From Octopus vulgaris (lineage: Eukaryota), in the NCBI GenBank assembly GCA_951406725.2, contig OX597838.1, positions 17,484,001 through 17,548,000 on the forward strand: a DNA stretch of 64,000 bases, read 5' to 3'. Both the position numbers and the translations under genes were made by a program. Of the stretch, positions 38,150 to 51,793 are shown in pieces; position 1 is the first letter of the stretch; each line of letters begins with the position of its first letter. The notes beneath the pieces were generated by a model. The model ran no database searches. It saw nothing but the letters and a program-made list of their open reading frames with translations, and was not told the origin of the DNA.

Positions 38150-38559
38150 CTCTTTTACTCTTTTACTTGTTTCAGTCATTTGACTGCGGCCATGCTGGAG
38201 CACCGCCTTTAATCGAGCAACTCGACCCCGGGACTTATTCTCTTGTAAGCCCAGTACTTATTCTATAGGTCTCTTTTGCCGAACCGCTAAGTAACGGGGA
38301 CATAAACACACCAGCACCGGTTGTCAAGCAATGCTAGGGTGACAAACACAGACGCACAAACACACACATGCATAGATATATATATACATATATACGACGG
38401 GCTTCTTTTCAGTTTCCGTCTACCAAATCCACTCACAAGGCTTTAGTCGGCCCGAGGCTATAGTAGAAAACACTTGCCCAGGGTGCCACGCAGTGGGACT
38501 GAACCCGGAACCATGTGGTTGGTAAGCAAGCTACTTACCACACAGCCACTCCTGCGCCT
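38150..38559 (-). mobile_element. SINE family A, young full-length copy
   Basis: Full reverse-complement copy. Confidence 0.93.
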
Positions 38560-38781
38560 ACATGATCACATTTGAATAAAACAATGCATAATTTCACATG
38601 ACCAACACACTAAAAGACTTAACCATTATCACTGGACGTTTTCACTACGCATATAATGTTTCGTAGCTGCAAACAATGATAGTCAGAATTACTGATTTGT
38701 GTATATTTGTTTTCCTCAGATCTGTTCTTGCGTTTAGTGTAAAGCTGGAGACTAGTTGCAGCACTGACACACGTATATATA

Positions 38782-38825
<44 letters not shown>

Positions 38826-39004
38826 CATACATACATGCATACATACAACATACAACATACAAACATGCATACATACATACATATGCAAACACATGTTTAA
38901 ACAAATTTTTAGTGTGTGCATACATATATATGTATACACGTGTACGTTTATATATATATATATATATATACACAAACATATATGCACACAAACACACACA
39001 CATA

Positions 39005-39145
39005 TCTTTACTCGTGTTCCTTTCTGCTGAAGAGCATAGGCTCGAAACGTAAAAGACTTTCTCACTTCGCGAGCGTTAAACTAATACACCTGTTTGTTGT
39101 TTATACACCTGTCTTCGTCTGTTTCTTTTGTAAATTTCAACTATA
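39005..39145 (+). mobile_element. Third, diverged member of the 10340/11185 hammerhead-like family
   Basis: ccttt-CTGCTGA-a-gagc atag gctc-GAAAC-GTA-aaaga...cacctgtcttcgtc. Confidence 0.65.
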
Positions 39146-40377
39146 TATATGTATACATGTATGTATGTATGTATGTATGTATGTATGTATGTATGTATGT
39201 ATGTATGTATGTATGTATATGCATGTAGACGCACATAGTATATTTACTTTAATTTCACACGCGTTGGCACACACACACACTAACACACACACACACACAC
39301 ACACACACTAACACACACACACACACAAACACACACATACATGCATATAACACGTACATGTACAATGTTTGCTATCATACTTGTACAGGGGAAACTCAAA
39401 CAGCAAACAGACAGTAGGTGAGAGACAGTCGAAGATGTTAAGAGAAGGAAAGTGTAAGAATTCTAATTTCTGTCGCCTGTAGCGAGAGTAACAGTTTCCC
39501 TTGATCAAAATAAATCAGCGAGAAGTTCCCGTAAATTTTGCGAGAAATACATTTTAACTGTATTTCATAGTTTATTGTCGAAAAGAAAATGAACGACTTG
39601 AACGTAAAACAAATAGTGTTGATTTTAAATGAAAGGAGCTCACACACACACATACGCGTGTTCTAATACAAATATGTACTAGCGCATCTATGCACACACT
39701 CACGCACACACATGCATCCACGCACACACACACGCGCGCGCATTCGTATGCAGACAAGCGCACACACAATTACTATAACGCTTGTTTTTTTTCTTATAGA
39801 TTGTTATATATGATTGAAGACGAAGCGCCATTTAAATAGGTGGGGAGTAGGGGAGGGGGTCATACAACCGAATAGGTGTCAGAGAATTGAATTAAGTGTT
39901 ATAAATAACGGGTTTAAAATTGGAGTATCACGTGCATAAATGGCAAGAGTCGACCACAATCAATCAATCGCTAACAAAACAAATTGGCGAACGTTTAAGG
40001 GAAAATACTTTCAAACAAAATTAAAGTACATAGTTTCATTCTGTGTGAGTGTGTTTGTGAGTATTTGTGTTTGTGTGTATGTGTTTCTATACACACAATC
40101 ACACACACTCACACACAGTCCCTCCACACGCACACAAAACCCACACATACACACACAGCTACACACGCATACACACTCTGCCACACACGCATATATATAC
40201 TCTACGAATATTAATGGATTTCCGGATGTATCGCCTGTAATACGATCATTTAATGTTACAAAGTTGCACTTGGTAGCCGGTACCCGCGGACAAGCTTTAT
40301 AAAACAAAATACAAAGCTCCTAACCAAAATTGAATCTATATATTTGTACATGTGCATATATTATAAGGACGATAATA

Positions 40378-40943
40378 TTGGGTTGTCCGGAAAGTTCATG
40401 TCGATTTTTAAAGGAAAGAAAAAGGTCAATAAATACTTGCCATTACATTTTTAATCAATCAAATATGAACCATTTTGTTGCACAATGCGTCTCCATCTTT
40501 CCTTTAACTTGAAAATACCCTCTTCCCAGAATTGAGGTGGTTTCATGGCAAACAATTCATCAAGGTATCTTTTAACGTCATCCAAGGAATTGAAATTTTT
40601 ACCATTAAGACTATTCTGCAGAGACCTGAATTAGTGAAAATCCGAAGGAGCAATGTCTGGTGAATATGGAGGGTGGGGTAACACACCTCAGCTGAGCTGC
40701 AGCAATTTTTGTCTGGTTCCCAAAGCATCAAGTGCAGAAAATGAACTTTCTTATCTTCCATTTTGAAGGGTTACAGAATTAACACAGGTTATAGGAATAT
40801 AAACCTTCTTCCATGAAAAGATAGCTTAAACTGTGCTCTGAATGGAGGTGTAGTCAAATCCTATTTTATGGCCTCAACCATGTTCTAAAATAAGTCTGTA
40901 GGTAAGCTACTATAAATCGGCACGAACTTTCCGGACAGCCCAA
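40378..40943 (-). mobile_element. Internally deleted mariner (566 bp) with TIRs and TA TSD
   Basis: 30-bp TIRs ttgggttgtccggaaagttcatgtcgattt / ttgggctgtccggaaagttcgtgccgattt; TA on both sides; MEDKKVHFLHLML joined to PHPPYSPDIAPSDFH C-terminal coding. Confidence 0.92.
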
Positions 40944-40985
40944 TAGTTTCAAAAGAAAGTAGTTTTATATATTATATATGTTCGA

Positions 40986-41200
40986 AGGCGGCGAGTAGGC
41001 AGAACGGTTAGCACTCCGGAGAAAATGCTGAGCGGCATTTTGTCCGTCTTTATGTTCTGGGTTCAAATTCTGCCGAGGTCGATTTTGCCTTCCATCTTTT
41101 GAGATCGATAAAATAAGTACCAGTTGAGTAGTGGGATCGATGTAATCGACTTACCCACTTCATCCAAAATTGCCGGCCCCGTGCTAAGATCTGAAACTAA
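40986..41200 (+). mobile_element. Older SINE family B variant
   Basis: ggcggcgagtaggcagaacggttagc...gccttccatcttttgagatcgataaaataagtacc. Confidence 0.8.
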
Positions 41201-41434
41201 TATGTTAAATATTTTATACATGCGTGTGCTTAAAATCTGCCGGCCTAGTTAAACTGTAACTATTTACAACTCACCATGAGATTATGATAAAATTATATCT
41301 AATCTCTACATTTTATTTCAAGAAACCAATATATAGCAGAAGAGACCGTACAACGTGAGATAACTAAAAGAAATTCAGCAGAACTGGAATGACAAGCAGG
41401 CTTTAAAGAGAGAACGGAAACATATTTTACACCA

Positions 41435-41738
41435 AGGCGGCAAGCTGGCAGAAGCGCTAGCACGCTGCGCGAAATGCTAACCGGTATTTCGTCTGCCGCT
41501 ACGTCTGTCCTTGTTTGTCCTCTCTGTGTTTAGCCCCTTGTGGGTAGTAAAGAAATAGGTATTTACTCTGCTGCTACGTTCTGAGTTCAAATTCCGCCGA
41601 GGTCGACTTTGCCTTTCATCCTTTCGGGGTCGATAAATTAGGTACCAGTTACGCACTGGGGTCGATGTAATCGACTTAATCTCTTTGTCCTTGTTTGTCC
41701 TCTCTATCTTTAGCCCTTTGTGGGCAATAAAGAAATAA
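41435..41738 (+). mobile_element. SINE family B dimer (first body deleted) with 18-bp TSD
   Basis: TSD gaaacatattttacacca at 41417-41434 and 41739-41756. Confidence 0.92.
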
Positions 41739-42339
41739 GAAACATATTTTACACCATACACTAAAGTATCAAACAAACAAAGAAACTAATGACTACGGTT
41801 CAGTTGTAAATTACACCACCAGAGAGACAATTTTCTTCTGTCTGACCTGTACGAGCTTTTATGTGTTAAAGAACGATTAGTCTTCGAAGTGGAACTCGCG
41901 GACGAAAATAAGGCACAATGCGGAAGAAATCATCAATAGCAAATGAGAGAGAGAGAGGACCCCTTGGGTAACGTTTTATACGACTCAAGCATATAACTTT
42001 TAACTAATCTCATTAACCCCAGCAATCAATAATGTGTTGTCAATGTGAAGCATCTAATTTGCAGCTTAATTGTAAGATTGAAACAACACCGCACTTTATG
42101 TATCATTGTGTAAATTTAGGCTATAATTAATTTAGTTAATTAATCCTTTTTGCTTTATAATCTTACCCAGTCATACTTCTTGTAAGATTATTAGTAACAT
42201 CTAATCTACCAGTAAACCATACCTATTAACTATCTTTCTAAATCTTCTTACATGCGCAGCAAATACGTTACAACCCTAGTTTAATATGTTTGCAGCTAAC
42301 TAAAAGATTTAACTTGCTATTTCTTGTACATTTTTTGTT

Positions 42340-43300
42340 CTTTTTCTTTCTTGCCTTTAACCCTCCAACGCGGAGTATAGGCCACTTATAATTGAATTCC
42401 ATGTGGCATAATTTTTCGCTTCTGTGGATGGAAGCATTCCGTTGGTTACGACGACGAGGGTTCCGGTTGATCCGAATCAACGGAACAGCCTGCTCGTGAA
42501 ATTAACGTGTAAGTGGCTGAGCACTCCACAGACACGTGCACCCTTAACGTAGTTCTCGGGGATATTCAGCGTGACACAGAGAGTGACAAGGCCGGCCCCT
42601 TGAAATACAGGTACAACAGAAACAGGAAGTAAGAGAGAGAGAAAGTTGTGGTGAAAGAGTACAGCAGGGATCACCACCATCCCCTGCCGGAGCCTCGTGG
42701 AGCTTTTAGGTGTTTTCGCTCAATAAACACTCACAACGCCCAGTCTGGGAATCGAAACCGCGATCCTATGACCGCGAGTCCGCTGCCCTAACCACTGGGC
42801 CATTGCGCCTCCACTTTCGCTTCTGTACTTATACTCTGCCATGAATGTCCCCCTTTCTCTAGTTCCTTTTGTGTTGATCCCTGAGGCCACGAGTTCTTAG
42901 GCCTACCTCTCCTTCTATATCCAACCGGTTTCCACTTTAAAGCACTTTTCGCTACATTTGGTGTCTTTTCTAATTGTGCTACCAATCCACTTCCACTTTT
43001 TCTTAAATATTTGCTCCCTAATCAAAACTTGATTTGTTCTTTGCCATACCTCCATATTGCTTATGCATTCGGGTCATCTAATTTTAAGTATACTACGCAA
43101 GCATCTGTTGATGAATGATTGTATTTGCTTATTTGACTTAACTGTTGTTCGCCATGTCTCAGCCCCATACAATAACACTGCTTTTACGTTAGTGTTAAAA
43201 ATTCTTATTTTATTCTTTATTGAAATTACACTTGTACATAGCCACTAAATATTTCCAAATCCAGAAAATAACTAATTATGCTATCCTCCTTATCCATAGT
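42340..43300 (-). pseudogene. RTE-clade LINE 3' end, interrupted by a SINE
   Basis: IFNTNVKAVLLYGAETWRTT...FINRCLRSILKI...ALKWKPVGYRRRGRPKNSW...EAK|NYATWNSIISGLYSALEG*. Confidence 0.88.
42426..42814 (-). mobile_element. tRNA-derived SINE family C2 with 12-bp TSD
   Basis: TSD tttcgcttctgt at 42414-42425 and 42815-42826; near-identical to 53482-53865. Confidence 0.92.
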
Positions 43301-43353
43301 ACAAAGTTTATAAAACAAATCCATGCAAAATCCATAATTTGGAACGAAAATAT

Positions 43354-43519
43354 AGGCGCAGGAGTGGCTGTGTGGTAAGTAACTTGTTTACCAACAACAT
43401 GGTTCCGGGTTCAGTCCCACTGCGTGGCATTTTGAGCAAGTGTCTTCTACTATAGCCTCGGGCCAACCAAAGCCTTGTGAGTGGATTTGGTAGACGGAAA
43501 CTGAAAGAAGCCCGTCGTA

Positions 43520-43564
<45 letters not shown>

Positions 43565-43780
43565 ATGTTTGTGTGTCTGTGTTTGTCCCCCTAGCATTGC
43601 TTCACAACTGATGCTGGTGTGTTTACGTGCCCGTCACTTAGCGGTTCGGAAAAAAAGAGACCGATAGAATAAGTCCTGGGCTTACAAAGAATAAGTCCCG
43701 GGGTCGATTTGCTCGACTAAAGGCGGTGCTCCAGCATGGCCGCAATCAAATGACTGAAACGAGTAAAAGAGCAAAAGAGT
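43354..43780 (+). mobile_element. SINE family A, full length
   Basis: Head to tail. Confidence 0.93.
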
Positions 43781-44049
43781 ATGTACTTGCAACAGCTACA
43801 AAGTTATCTGGCTAAAAGTAACTTCTTGCTTTTCCACAAATCACAAGTGCAAGCCAACTAAGAGCGAATGACAGTTGCTCCCTACGGGAATTCTTCAAAC
43901 TTATCTAAATACCATGTCCGTAAAACATGCGTTGTCAATAACAAATTGAATCGACTCCGTTAGCTTATTTCTTTTAAACAAGTAAACCCATTCACTGCAA
44001 CTGATATGTGAAGTAAAGTACATACGTGTGTGTGCACGTTTATGCTTAT

Positions 44050-44218
44050 AGGTTGTGTGGTAAGAAGGTTACTTCATAACCACATGGTTCCGGGTTCAGT
44101 CCCACTGCGTAGCACCTTGTGCAAGTGTCTTCTACTATAGCCTCGAGCCGACCAAAGCCTTGTGAGTAGATTTGGTAGTCGGAAACTGAAAGAAGCCCGT
44201 CGTATATATGTATATATG

Positions 44219-44255
<37 letters not shown>

Positions 44256-44425
44256 ATGTATGCATACACTTGTGTGTATCTCATCGCTTAACAATCGATG
44301 TTGGTGTGTTTATGTCCCCGCAACTTAGCGGTTCGGCAAGTGTCTTCCACTATAGCTTCGGGCCGACCAAAGCCTTGTGAGTAGATTTGGTAGTCGGAAA
44401 CTGAAAGAAGCCCGTCGTATATATC

Positions 44426-44484
<59 letters not shown>

Positions 44485-44630
44485 TTATATGTATATATAT
44501 GTATGTATACATTTGTGTGTGTCTCATCGCTTAACAATCGATGTTGGTGTGTTTATGTCCCCCGCAACTAAGCGGTTCGGCAAAAGTTACCAACAGAATA
44601 AGTACTAGGCTTACAAAGAATAAGTCCCCG
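44050..44630 (+). mobile_element. SINE family A with internal tandem duplication
   Basis: Segment caagtgtcttc...gcggttcggcaa present twice. Confidence 0.88.
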
Positions 44631-44707
44631 TAGCAAAATTTTAAACCATTATTATTATTATTATTATTACTACTACTACTACTACTACTACTACTATTGT
44701 TATTATT

Positions 44708-45151
44708 GATTGAGAGAGCAGTGCATGCCATCAAAGTGACACTGGGGTAAAATATACGAAGCCCAGTATACCCATCATGACTACTCGTCTGATAAGGGTG
44801 CACTAAGCACATGCATCACAACCATATGTGCGCGACATGGTGATCTCATATCAAGATAAACAGTACATGACCTTGCAGGTGGGGCCCAGTTAGAACTTTC
44901 TTCTGGTCGAGTAATCCATCCCGCTCAAAAGGTCTCCGAATAAGGGTTGTTTAAGGATGTTGAACGAACCACCCATGTTTCCAAAGTTGAATTATCCAAA
45001 CCTCCAAGAATTCCTTTCAACACACGGCTATGATGCTCCCCTACTACTTCTGCTCGTGATCAGAGATGCACATATCGTCAGCCACTAAGGGACATGCTCA
45101 ACTGCTTATGGTCAAACAACTGACAAGCAAATCTGTGGTACTGAGCAGAAC
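44708..45151. mobile_element. Unclassified ~440-bp element bounded by (ATT)n tracts
   Basis: Flanked by 44648-44707 and 45152-45163 microsatellite; no recognisable ORF. Confidence 0.45.
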
Positions 45152-45163
45152 ATTATTATTATT

Positions 45164-45725
45164 ACTCAGTAGTTTTATTTTTATAGCGAGCTTTCACTTC
45201 ACTACCGAGTGCAGCTCTGTGTGCCTTAGGTATGTGCTGTGATTTGTTGTGATGCTCTGATGGTTATTCTATGGAAAGTGTTCTGCGTAGGATGTGTGCA
45301 GTGCCTAGTAGTGCAATTTTCTGTATGTTATATGTGTTTGTAAGTCCTGGTGTTTTTATTATGTATTTGTCTGAATATTTTTTTATCATGCCTAATGCAC
45401 CTACTATGATAGGAATTGTTTCTGTTTTTAGATTCCACATTCTGGTTACCTCTATTTCCAGGTCTTTGTATTTTGAGAGTTTCTCCATTTCTTTTAGAGA
45501 CACGTTGTCATCAGCCGGTATTGATACATCAATTAGAAAGCATTTTTTTCTTCATGGTCTCTGACAACTATATCTGGTCTGTTGGCCTTAATTTCTCTAT
45601 CTGTGTGTATCGGCATATCCCAGAGTATGGTTGCTTTCTCGTTTTCTGTGACCTTTTCTGGTGTGTGCCTATACCATCTTTTTTCTGTTGTTATTCCATA
45701 ATGTTGGCATAGCTTCCAATGTATG
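45164..45725 (-). mobile_element. 5'-truncated R4/Dong-clade non-LTR retrotransposon (restriction-like endonuclease end plus 3' UTR)
   Basis: IHWKLCQHYG...ILWD...NRPDIVV..(frameshift at T-run ~45545)..LIDVSIP...KLSKYKDL...VGALG...ALLGTAHILR; (TAA)n on both sides. Confidence 0.9.
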
Positions 45726-45737
45726 TTATCATTATTA

Positions 45738-45792
<55 letters not shown>

Positions 45793-47049
45793 CATTATTA
45801 TTATAATATATAGGAGAGAGGGGGGAGGAAGAGAGGGACAGATTCGATGTCTGATTCAATGTCCTCAGAAGTTGAATCCGACTGCGGTGATATTTCACTT
45901 CCATCTTTTATATCCTGTATCATTTGATTACAGAAATAGTTACTCGTCCTCTCGAATTAGATGTACATTTTTGCATTTCATCGAATCGATAACACATACA
46001 TATAGCCTTCCACTGTATTATTTATATCTATGCGAACTCAATTCTGCCGCTTTACATCTGTGGAATCTTGATAATAAAAATCTATTTTGGGACAATTAAC
46101 TTCTTTAATGTTTTGTGTCTGTAATGTAGAGATAGACTAAACAAAAGGTAGTCTCAGAAGTAGAAATTAAGTGACTGGGGTTATTATGTGGTTAAGCATG
46201 ATCATTTCTGAACTACCTGTTCTCGGGTTAGATTCCATCGCGTGACCTCCTGGATGGATGTCTTCTACAATAACCTTAGATGGTTTGAAGCTTTGTGAGT
46301 GATAGTTACGAAACAGAAACTACACGGAAGCCCGTTGGAGGAATTGTTCCTCTTATTTGTTGCCCAGTTTTGTCAGTAGCTACTAAAATCTATTCATCCA
46401 TTTTGAGAAGTAAATATAGAAAGAATTTAACTTCCTGTATATTTTATAATACTGTTTCCGGTTATATTATATTCGTAAAGTCTAAAAGGAACATGCTTAG
46501 ACTATAGAAAACAGTTATTTCCCGATTTTTTTCTGGGGGAAAAGATCTATAAAATATTTACTTCCGGTCTGCCGAGAATATTTCTTTGACATGAGCCAAA
46601 GATTTTATTTATTTTTTTATTTCTTTATTTATTTATTGCAGAAAATACTATTGTGATAACTAGTCTTCCATGTTGAAATCAAAATTTATGAGAAGAGATT
46701 TTTTTCTGTTAGTTGAGAAATCAATGTCTCGTGTAGAATTATTTCCTGTCTAGAAGATTCTTCAGAAATGATGCTGTAATATTTATGAATTTGCTCATAA
46801 TGTAAAACGAAATAACAGCTATTTCAGTCAGTTTCTTTATAATGCGGCGGTGATGGGGATTATTTAATCGGTGCTTGGATTTCATCTCTGAGAAAAAAGT
46901 CTTTCGATATGAAGAGGAGAATGAACGTTAGTTTCATTGAATTATTTTAAGAATTATATCATTTCACTTTAGTTCGCTAAATCAGCAACAGCACCAAGAA
47001 GCACCACCACCACCAACAACAACAACAACAACACTGCCATCACTTAAAC

Positions 47050-47290
47050 CACAAGTACAACACATTCAATCAGAGAAACATTCAGACACGTACACAACCC
47101 GCCTGCACAAAGACAACTCTTCTTGCATGGAGACTGAAAATGTCCACACAGATACAAACGAAGAAATCTACAGAATAAAACAAATATTAATCAATAATGT
47201 GCTTTCTAATAAAATAATAGACTTAAGCCACCGATCTTCACAGACATAATTATAGAAAATACATCAGACACTACATAAAATTAACCTCCG
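47050..47290 (+). pseudogene. Possible Penelope RT thumb/linker fragment
   Basis: EEIYRIKQILINNVLSNKIID resembles the PLE motif E..rik.iL..NgYp..iI. Confidence 0.4.
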
Positions 47291-47524
47291 ACGCTACCAT
47301 CCCTGAATGCATTATAGCTCGCTACATACCCCTGTCTTGAGTTATTTCTTTTCCATCTCCCTATAATTTTCGTTCGCCAACCTCTCGAATCAACAGCCAT
47401 GTTTCTTTCTCGTCCTACCATGTCTTCTACTTCCCACGAGTCACCAATTGAAAACTTGCTGCATATCACTGCCTTTTCTTCTAAATATATGGCCCACTCA
47501 TTAACAAACATATTTACGTTTTCT

Positions 47525-47758
47525 TATTTCTTTATTGCCCACAAGGGGCTAAACATAGAGGGGACAAACAAGGACAGACAAACAGATTAAGTCGATTACA
47601 TCGATCCTAGTGCGTAACTGGTACTTAATTTATCGACTCTGAAAGGATGAAAGGTAAAGTCGACCTCGGAAGAATTTGAACTCCGAACGTAAAGACAGAC
47701 GAAAAACTGCTAAGCATTTCGTCCTGCGCGCTAACGTTTCTGCCAGCTCGCCGCCTTG
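47525..47758 (-). mobile_element. SINE family B monomer with ~18-bp TSD
   Basis: aacatattta(c/t)gttttct on both sides. Confidence 0.9.
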
Positions 47759-48627
47759 AACATATTTATGTTTTCTAACCAACGAATCCCCTATATTCTC
47801 CTCAAAGACTTTTCAAAATGCATCAGTAGTTAGTTATACCAAAACACCATTTCTATTAAAAATACACGAAGCTAATGAAGACTCAAAAATTTCTGGCATA
47901 TTACCGTGAGACGCTTGAAGAAGAAAAAGATTTTAAAAATAATTAAAATAATGGTATCAAATTGTTGCATAAAATCAGGAAAGAGAAGTCGATTATATCG
48001 ACCTCAATGCTCAACTAGTACTTATTTTATCGACCCTGAATGAATGAAAAGCAAAGTTGACTTCGGTGAGATTTGAACTCAAAACGTAAAGAGGCACAAG
48101 AAACGCTGCCAAGCACTTTGTCCGGTTTGCTAACGATTCAGCCAGCTCGAAATCATAACATATTTGGATTTCATATCCACTTTTATTCAAAAAAAATTGA
48201 AGATTTGACTTAAGTAATATATTCCAGATTCGGAACTTTTAATTAAAGCATAGAATTAATTATTTTTCCCCCATTAACACCATCAGCTTCATCACTTCAT
48301 CATCTTCTCTCCTACTTGATCGAAGAGATAATTTAAATGCTTATCCATAATCGAAGTTTTTCTCCCAGGAAACTCTTTTCTGTTTGAACAAAGATGAAGT
48401 GGCAAAAGGAGTAAGATAAACCTGTGAGTGATGAGTTCAAATCCACTGCCAGTGGACTGTTCTATCCCTGGTCTGAACATATATTGTGTCATCACATAAA
48501 TAATGCGGTTTTTCCAATTGCATGAACTAAAAGTCGGAAGGGGACGGGATAAGAGATAAGGAACATCATTAAACAGACTCGCTGACTTCTGTAATTCATA
48601 AAGAGACTAAACTTAACCAAGAGTATA

Positions 48628-48836
48628 CTCTTATTACTCTTTTATTTGTTTCAGTCATTTGACTGTGGCCATGCTGGAGCACCGCCTTTAGTCGAGCAAA
48701 TCGATCCCCAGGACTTATTCTTTGTAAGCCTAGTACTTATTCTATCGGTCTCTTTTGCCGAACCGCTAAGTTACGGGACGTTAACACACCAGCATCAGTT
48801 GTCAAACGATGTTAGGGGGGGACAAACACAGACACA

Positions 48837-48897
<61 letters not shown>

Positions 48898-49080
48898 GAG
48901 TGTGTGTGTATAGATAGATAAATATACGACGGGCTTCTTTCAGTTTCCGTCTACCAAATCCACTCACAAGGCTTTGGTTAGCCCGAGGCTATAGCAAAAG
49001 ACACTTGACCAAGGTGCCACGCAGTGGGACTGAGCCCGGAACCATGTGGTTGGTAAGCAAGCTACTTACCACACAGCCAC
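48628..49080 (-). mobile_element. SINE family A
   Basis: Reverse-complement copy. Confidence 0.92.
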
Positions 49081-49094
49081 GCGCTATTTTCTGA

Positions 49095-49600
49095 TGACGC
49101 TTGGCTTAGTGGTCAGGGTACTGCACTCACGATCACAAGATCGTAGTTTCAGTTCTTAGACTGGGTAGTGCGTTGTGTTCTCGAGCAAAACACTTCGTGT
49201 CTCGTTGCTCTGCAATCAGTTCGATACCTATTTCTTTACTACCCACAAGGGACTAAACACAGAGAGGACAAACAAGGACAGACAAACGGATTAAGTCGAT
49301 TATATCGACCCCAGTGCGTAACTGGTACTTTATTTATCGACCCCGAAAGGATGAAATACAAAGTCGACCTCGGCGGAATTTGAACTCAGAACGCAGCAGC
49401 GGACGAAATACCACAAAGCATTTCGCCCGGCGCGCTAACGTTTCTGCCAGCTCGCCGCTGTGCACCTGTTCAAGCAACGTCGATTTGATGGAGGAATTGA
49501 GCTAATGTGCGGTACGAACATTTGATCACAATAAACGAATCATTTGTGAAAATCGTTCGGTAAAAGCTGAATGACCTATACGTCGTTTTCGACGGGAGAG
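49095..49600. mobile_element. Plus-strand C-type SINE interrupted by a minus SINE B (49224-49458)
   Basis: tggcttagtggtcagggt head; continuation after 49460 resembles the reverse complement of 59100-59240. Confidence 0.75.
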
Positions 49601-49677
49601 TCCATAATTTTCTGAAGAAATGTCTTTTCTGTGAAGAGAGGACCAACTTTAACAAAGAATGCGTTGGGTAGATTAAA

Positions 49678-49911
49678 CCTATTTGTTTACTACCCACAAG
49701 GGGCTAAACACAGAGGAGACAAACAAGGACAGACAAACGGATTAAGTCGATTACATCGACCCCAGTGCGTAACTGGTACTTAATTTATCGACCCCGAAAG
49801 GATGAAAGGCTAAGTCGACCTCGGCGGAATTTGAACTCAGAACGTAGCGGAAGATGAAATAACGCTAAGCATTTCGCCCGGAGTGCTAACGTTTCTGCCA
49901 GCTCGCCGCCC
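49678..49911 (-). mobile_element. SINE family B
   Basis: Reverse-complement copy. Confidence 0.9.
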
Positions 49912-50637
49912 TATTAGATTAAACGCGTAGGGTAGATTAAACCGAACCCAAATCCACTGTTGAACAATTTCAGTGTGCTTACTTCCGGTTCGCGGGAGAT
50001 TTTCTTGAAAACTTCCGCTTCGTCTTTGTTTAAAATCAAACGGTGAATGTCTGAAGTGGATTTCGTTGTTACACGTCTGTCCAAAAATTTCGTTTAGAAA
50101 CTTTTTGGTCAGATATAGTGGCAGGGGTTGATAAGAGACAGAGATGCAGAAAACGTGTGTATGCGAGTACGTGTGTATTTGCTTGTGTGTATATGCATGG
50201 AAAAGAGGATGTGTATATGACCGCGTATGCATGTATGGGTACTTGTGTTGTGTGTATGGCTCAGTCAATGCATCTCTTTGTTTGATATTTGTGTGACTGT
50301 GTCTATGAGTGAGTATATGTGAATATGTGTACACGCGTGTGAGAGAGTGTATGTTTGTGTGTATGACTGTATGTGTGAGAGGGCGTGTAAGAAAAGAGTG
50401 TATGTGTGTGCATGCGTAAGAGCACGTTTGTATTTGTGGCAGTGTGTATTTGTGTAGAGATTATGTAAGTGAGAAAGTGAAGGAGTAATGAAAGAAAGGA
50501 AGATAAGAGATAGAAAGGAAGATAAGAGAGAGAAAGTGTGATTTAGAGAGGAGGTAAGAGTATGGAGAATAAACAGACAGAAAGAAAAACAAGCGGGGGA
50601 GCAAATATAAAAGAGAGAAGACAATAGAAGAGATAAC

Positions 50638-50677
<40 letters not shown>

Positions 50678-51406
50678 CGAGGTGGGGAAGATTGAAAAAA
50701 GGGAGAGGGAGAGGCAATGAGTGATGAAGGACGATATAGAAAGTGAAAGTAAAGTGAGAGAAAGGCTTAGAGAAGGAATCAGACAGACGGTTTGAGAAAA
50801 AAGAAGAAAACCGACAGCGAACGAGGGGGGAGAAGAAAGACAGAAAGAGAGAAAATGAAAGAGATGGAGAGGGCAGGAGGATGTGGTGTCGGTGGTTGTG
50901 GTGAAGGAAGATGAGAAGAGGAGGTATGTGTATTTGTTGATAAAATATGAGATGTTTCAATGTCTGGTGGAAATGTCAATACGATCTTTCAGTTCCTGAT
51001 TTTATGGAAGAAGAAGAAAGAATTAAGAGTTGTTCAAGTTGGAGAGGCATATTACAGCACCACTTCCTACCTATCTGACTGGTCTATGGAAATGGCACTT
51101 CCTAGCTGTCTGACTTTATAGTTTTAACTTTGTTCGCGCAGAAAGATGTCTGTCTTTTATTATGTAAACAGTGTGAAGTTTGTGGAAAATATATTGTTCT
51201 CAGTTAAAAATAGAAAATCTAAATTGTAGCCGAATGGTAAGGCGGCATTAGCATCGAATCTAGTTTTTCAGTGTCCATTTTTCTGGTTATGTCAATGATA
51301 ACACAAATCTACCATTTATTCCTGTAGGTAGCTCTGAGTGTTAAGTAGCAGATTTATCCTAAATAATCAAGAAATCAAAACCCAAAATTTGCAGCAGTTC
51401 TTGATA

Positions 51407-51793
51407 TCTTTATATATAAAAGTGAAGTTGCGTGTCTGTCTCCTACGATTTAGATTCCTAACTACTCCCACATTTTGCGGTGCAGTTTAACCAAAACCGG
51501 GTATCTTATAGTCGTGATTCATATCGAGCCCTTCTGGGTATTAGCGCGCGTCTACGATGAGTCTACGATTTAAAAAAAAATTTACCATCATTTTTTTCCA
51601 TTTTAATGCATTTTTTCGCTATCATATAAGGGAAGTAACTCTCTAAAAATGTCTACAATGAGTCAACGATTTAAAAAAAAAATTACCATCATTTTTTTCC
51701 CATTGTTTTGCTATTTTTTGGCTATAGCACTCTGAAAATGCTTATATAGTTATTTCCCTTACAAACCCGAGCAACGCCGGGCGATACTGCTAG
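51407..51793 (+). mobile_element. Non-autonomous Helitron, copy 3
   Basis: A|TCtttatatataaaag ... cccgagcaacgccgggcgatactgCTAG|T; closely matches the reverse complement of 3930-4323. Confidence 0.88.

Noticed and set aside
48292-48495. Possible mariner C-terminal remnant
   Set aside because: Only vague similarity (FELITH...HL..KEF); catalytic motifs not recognisable.
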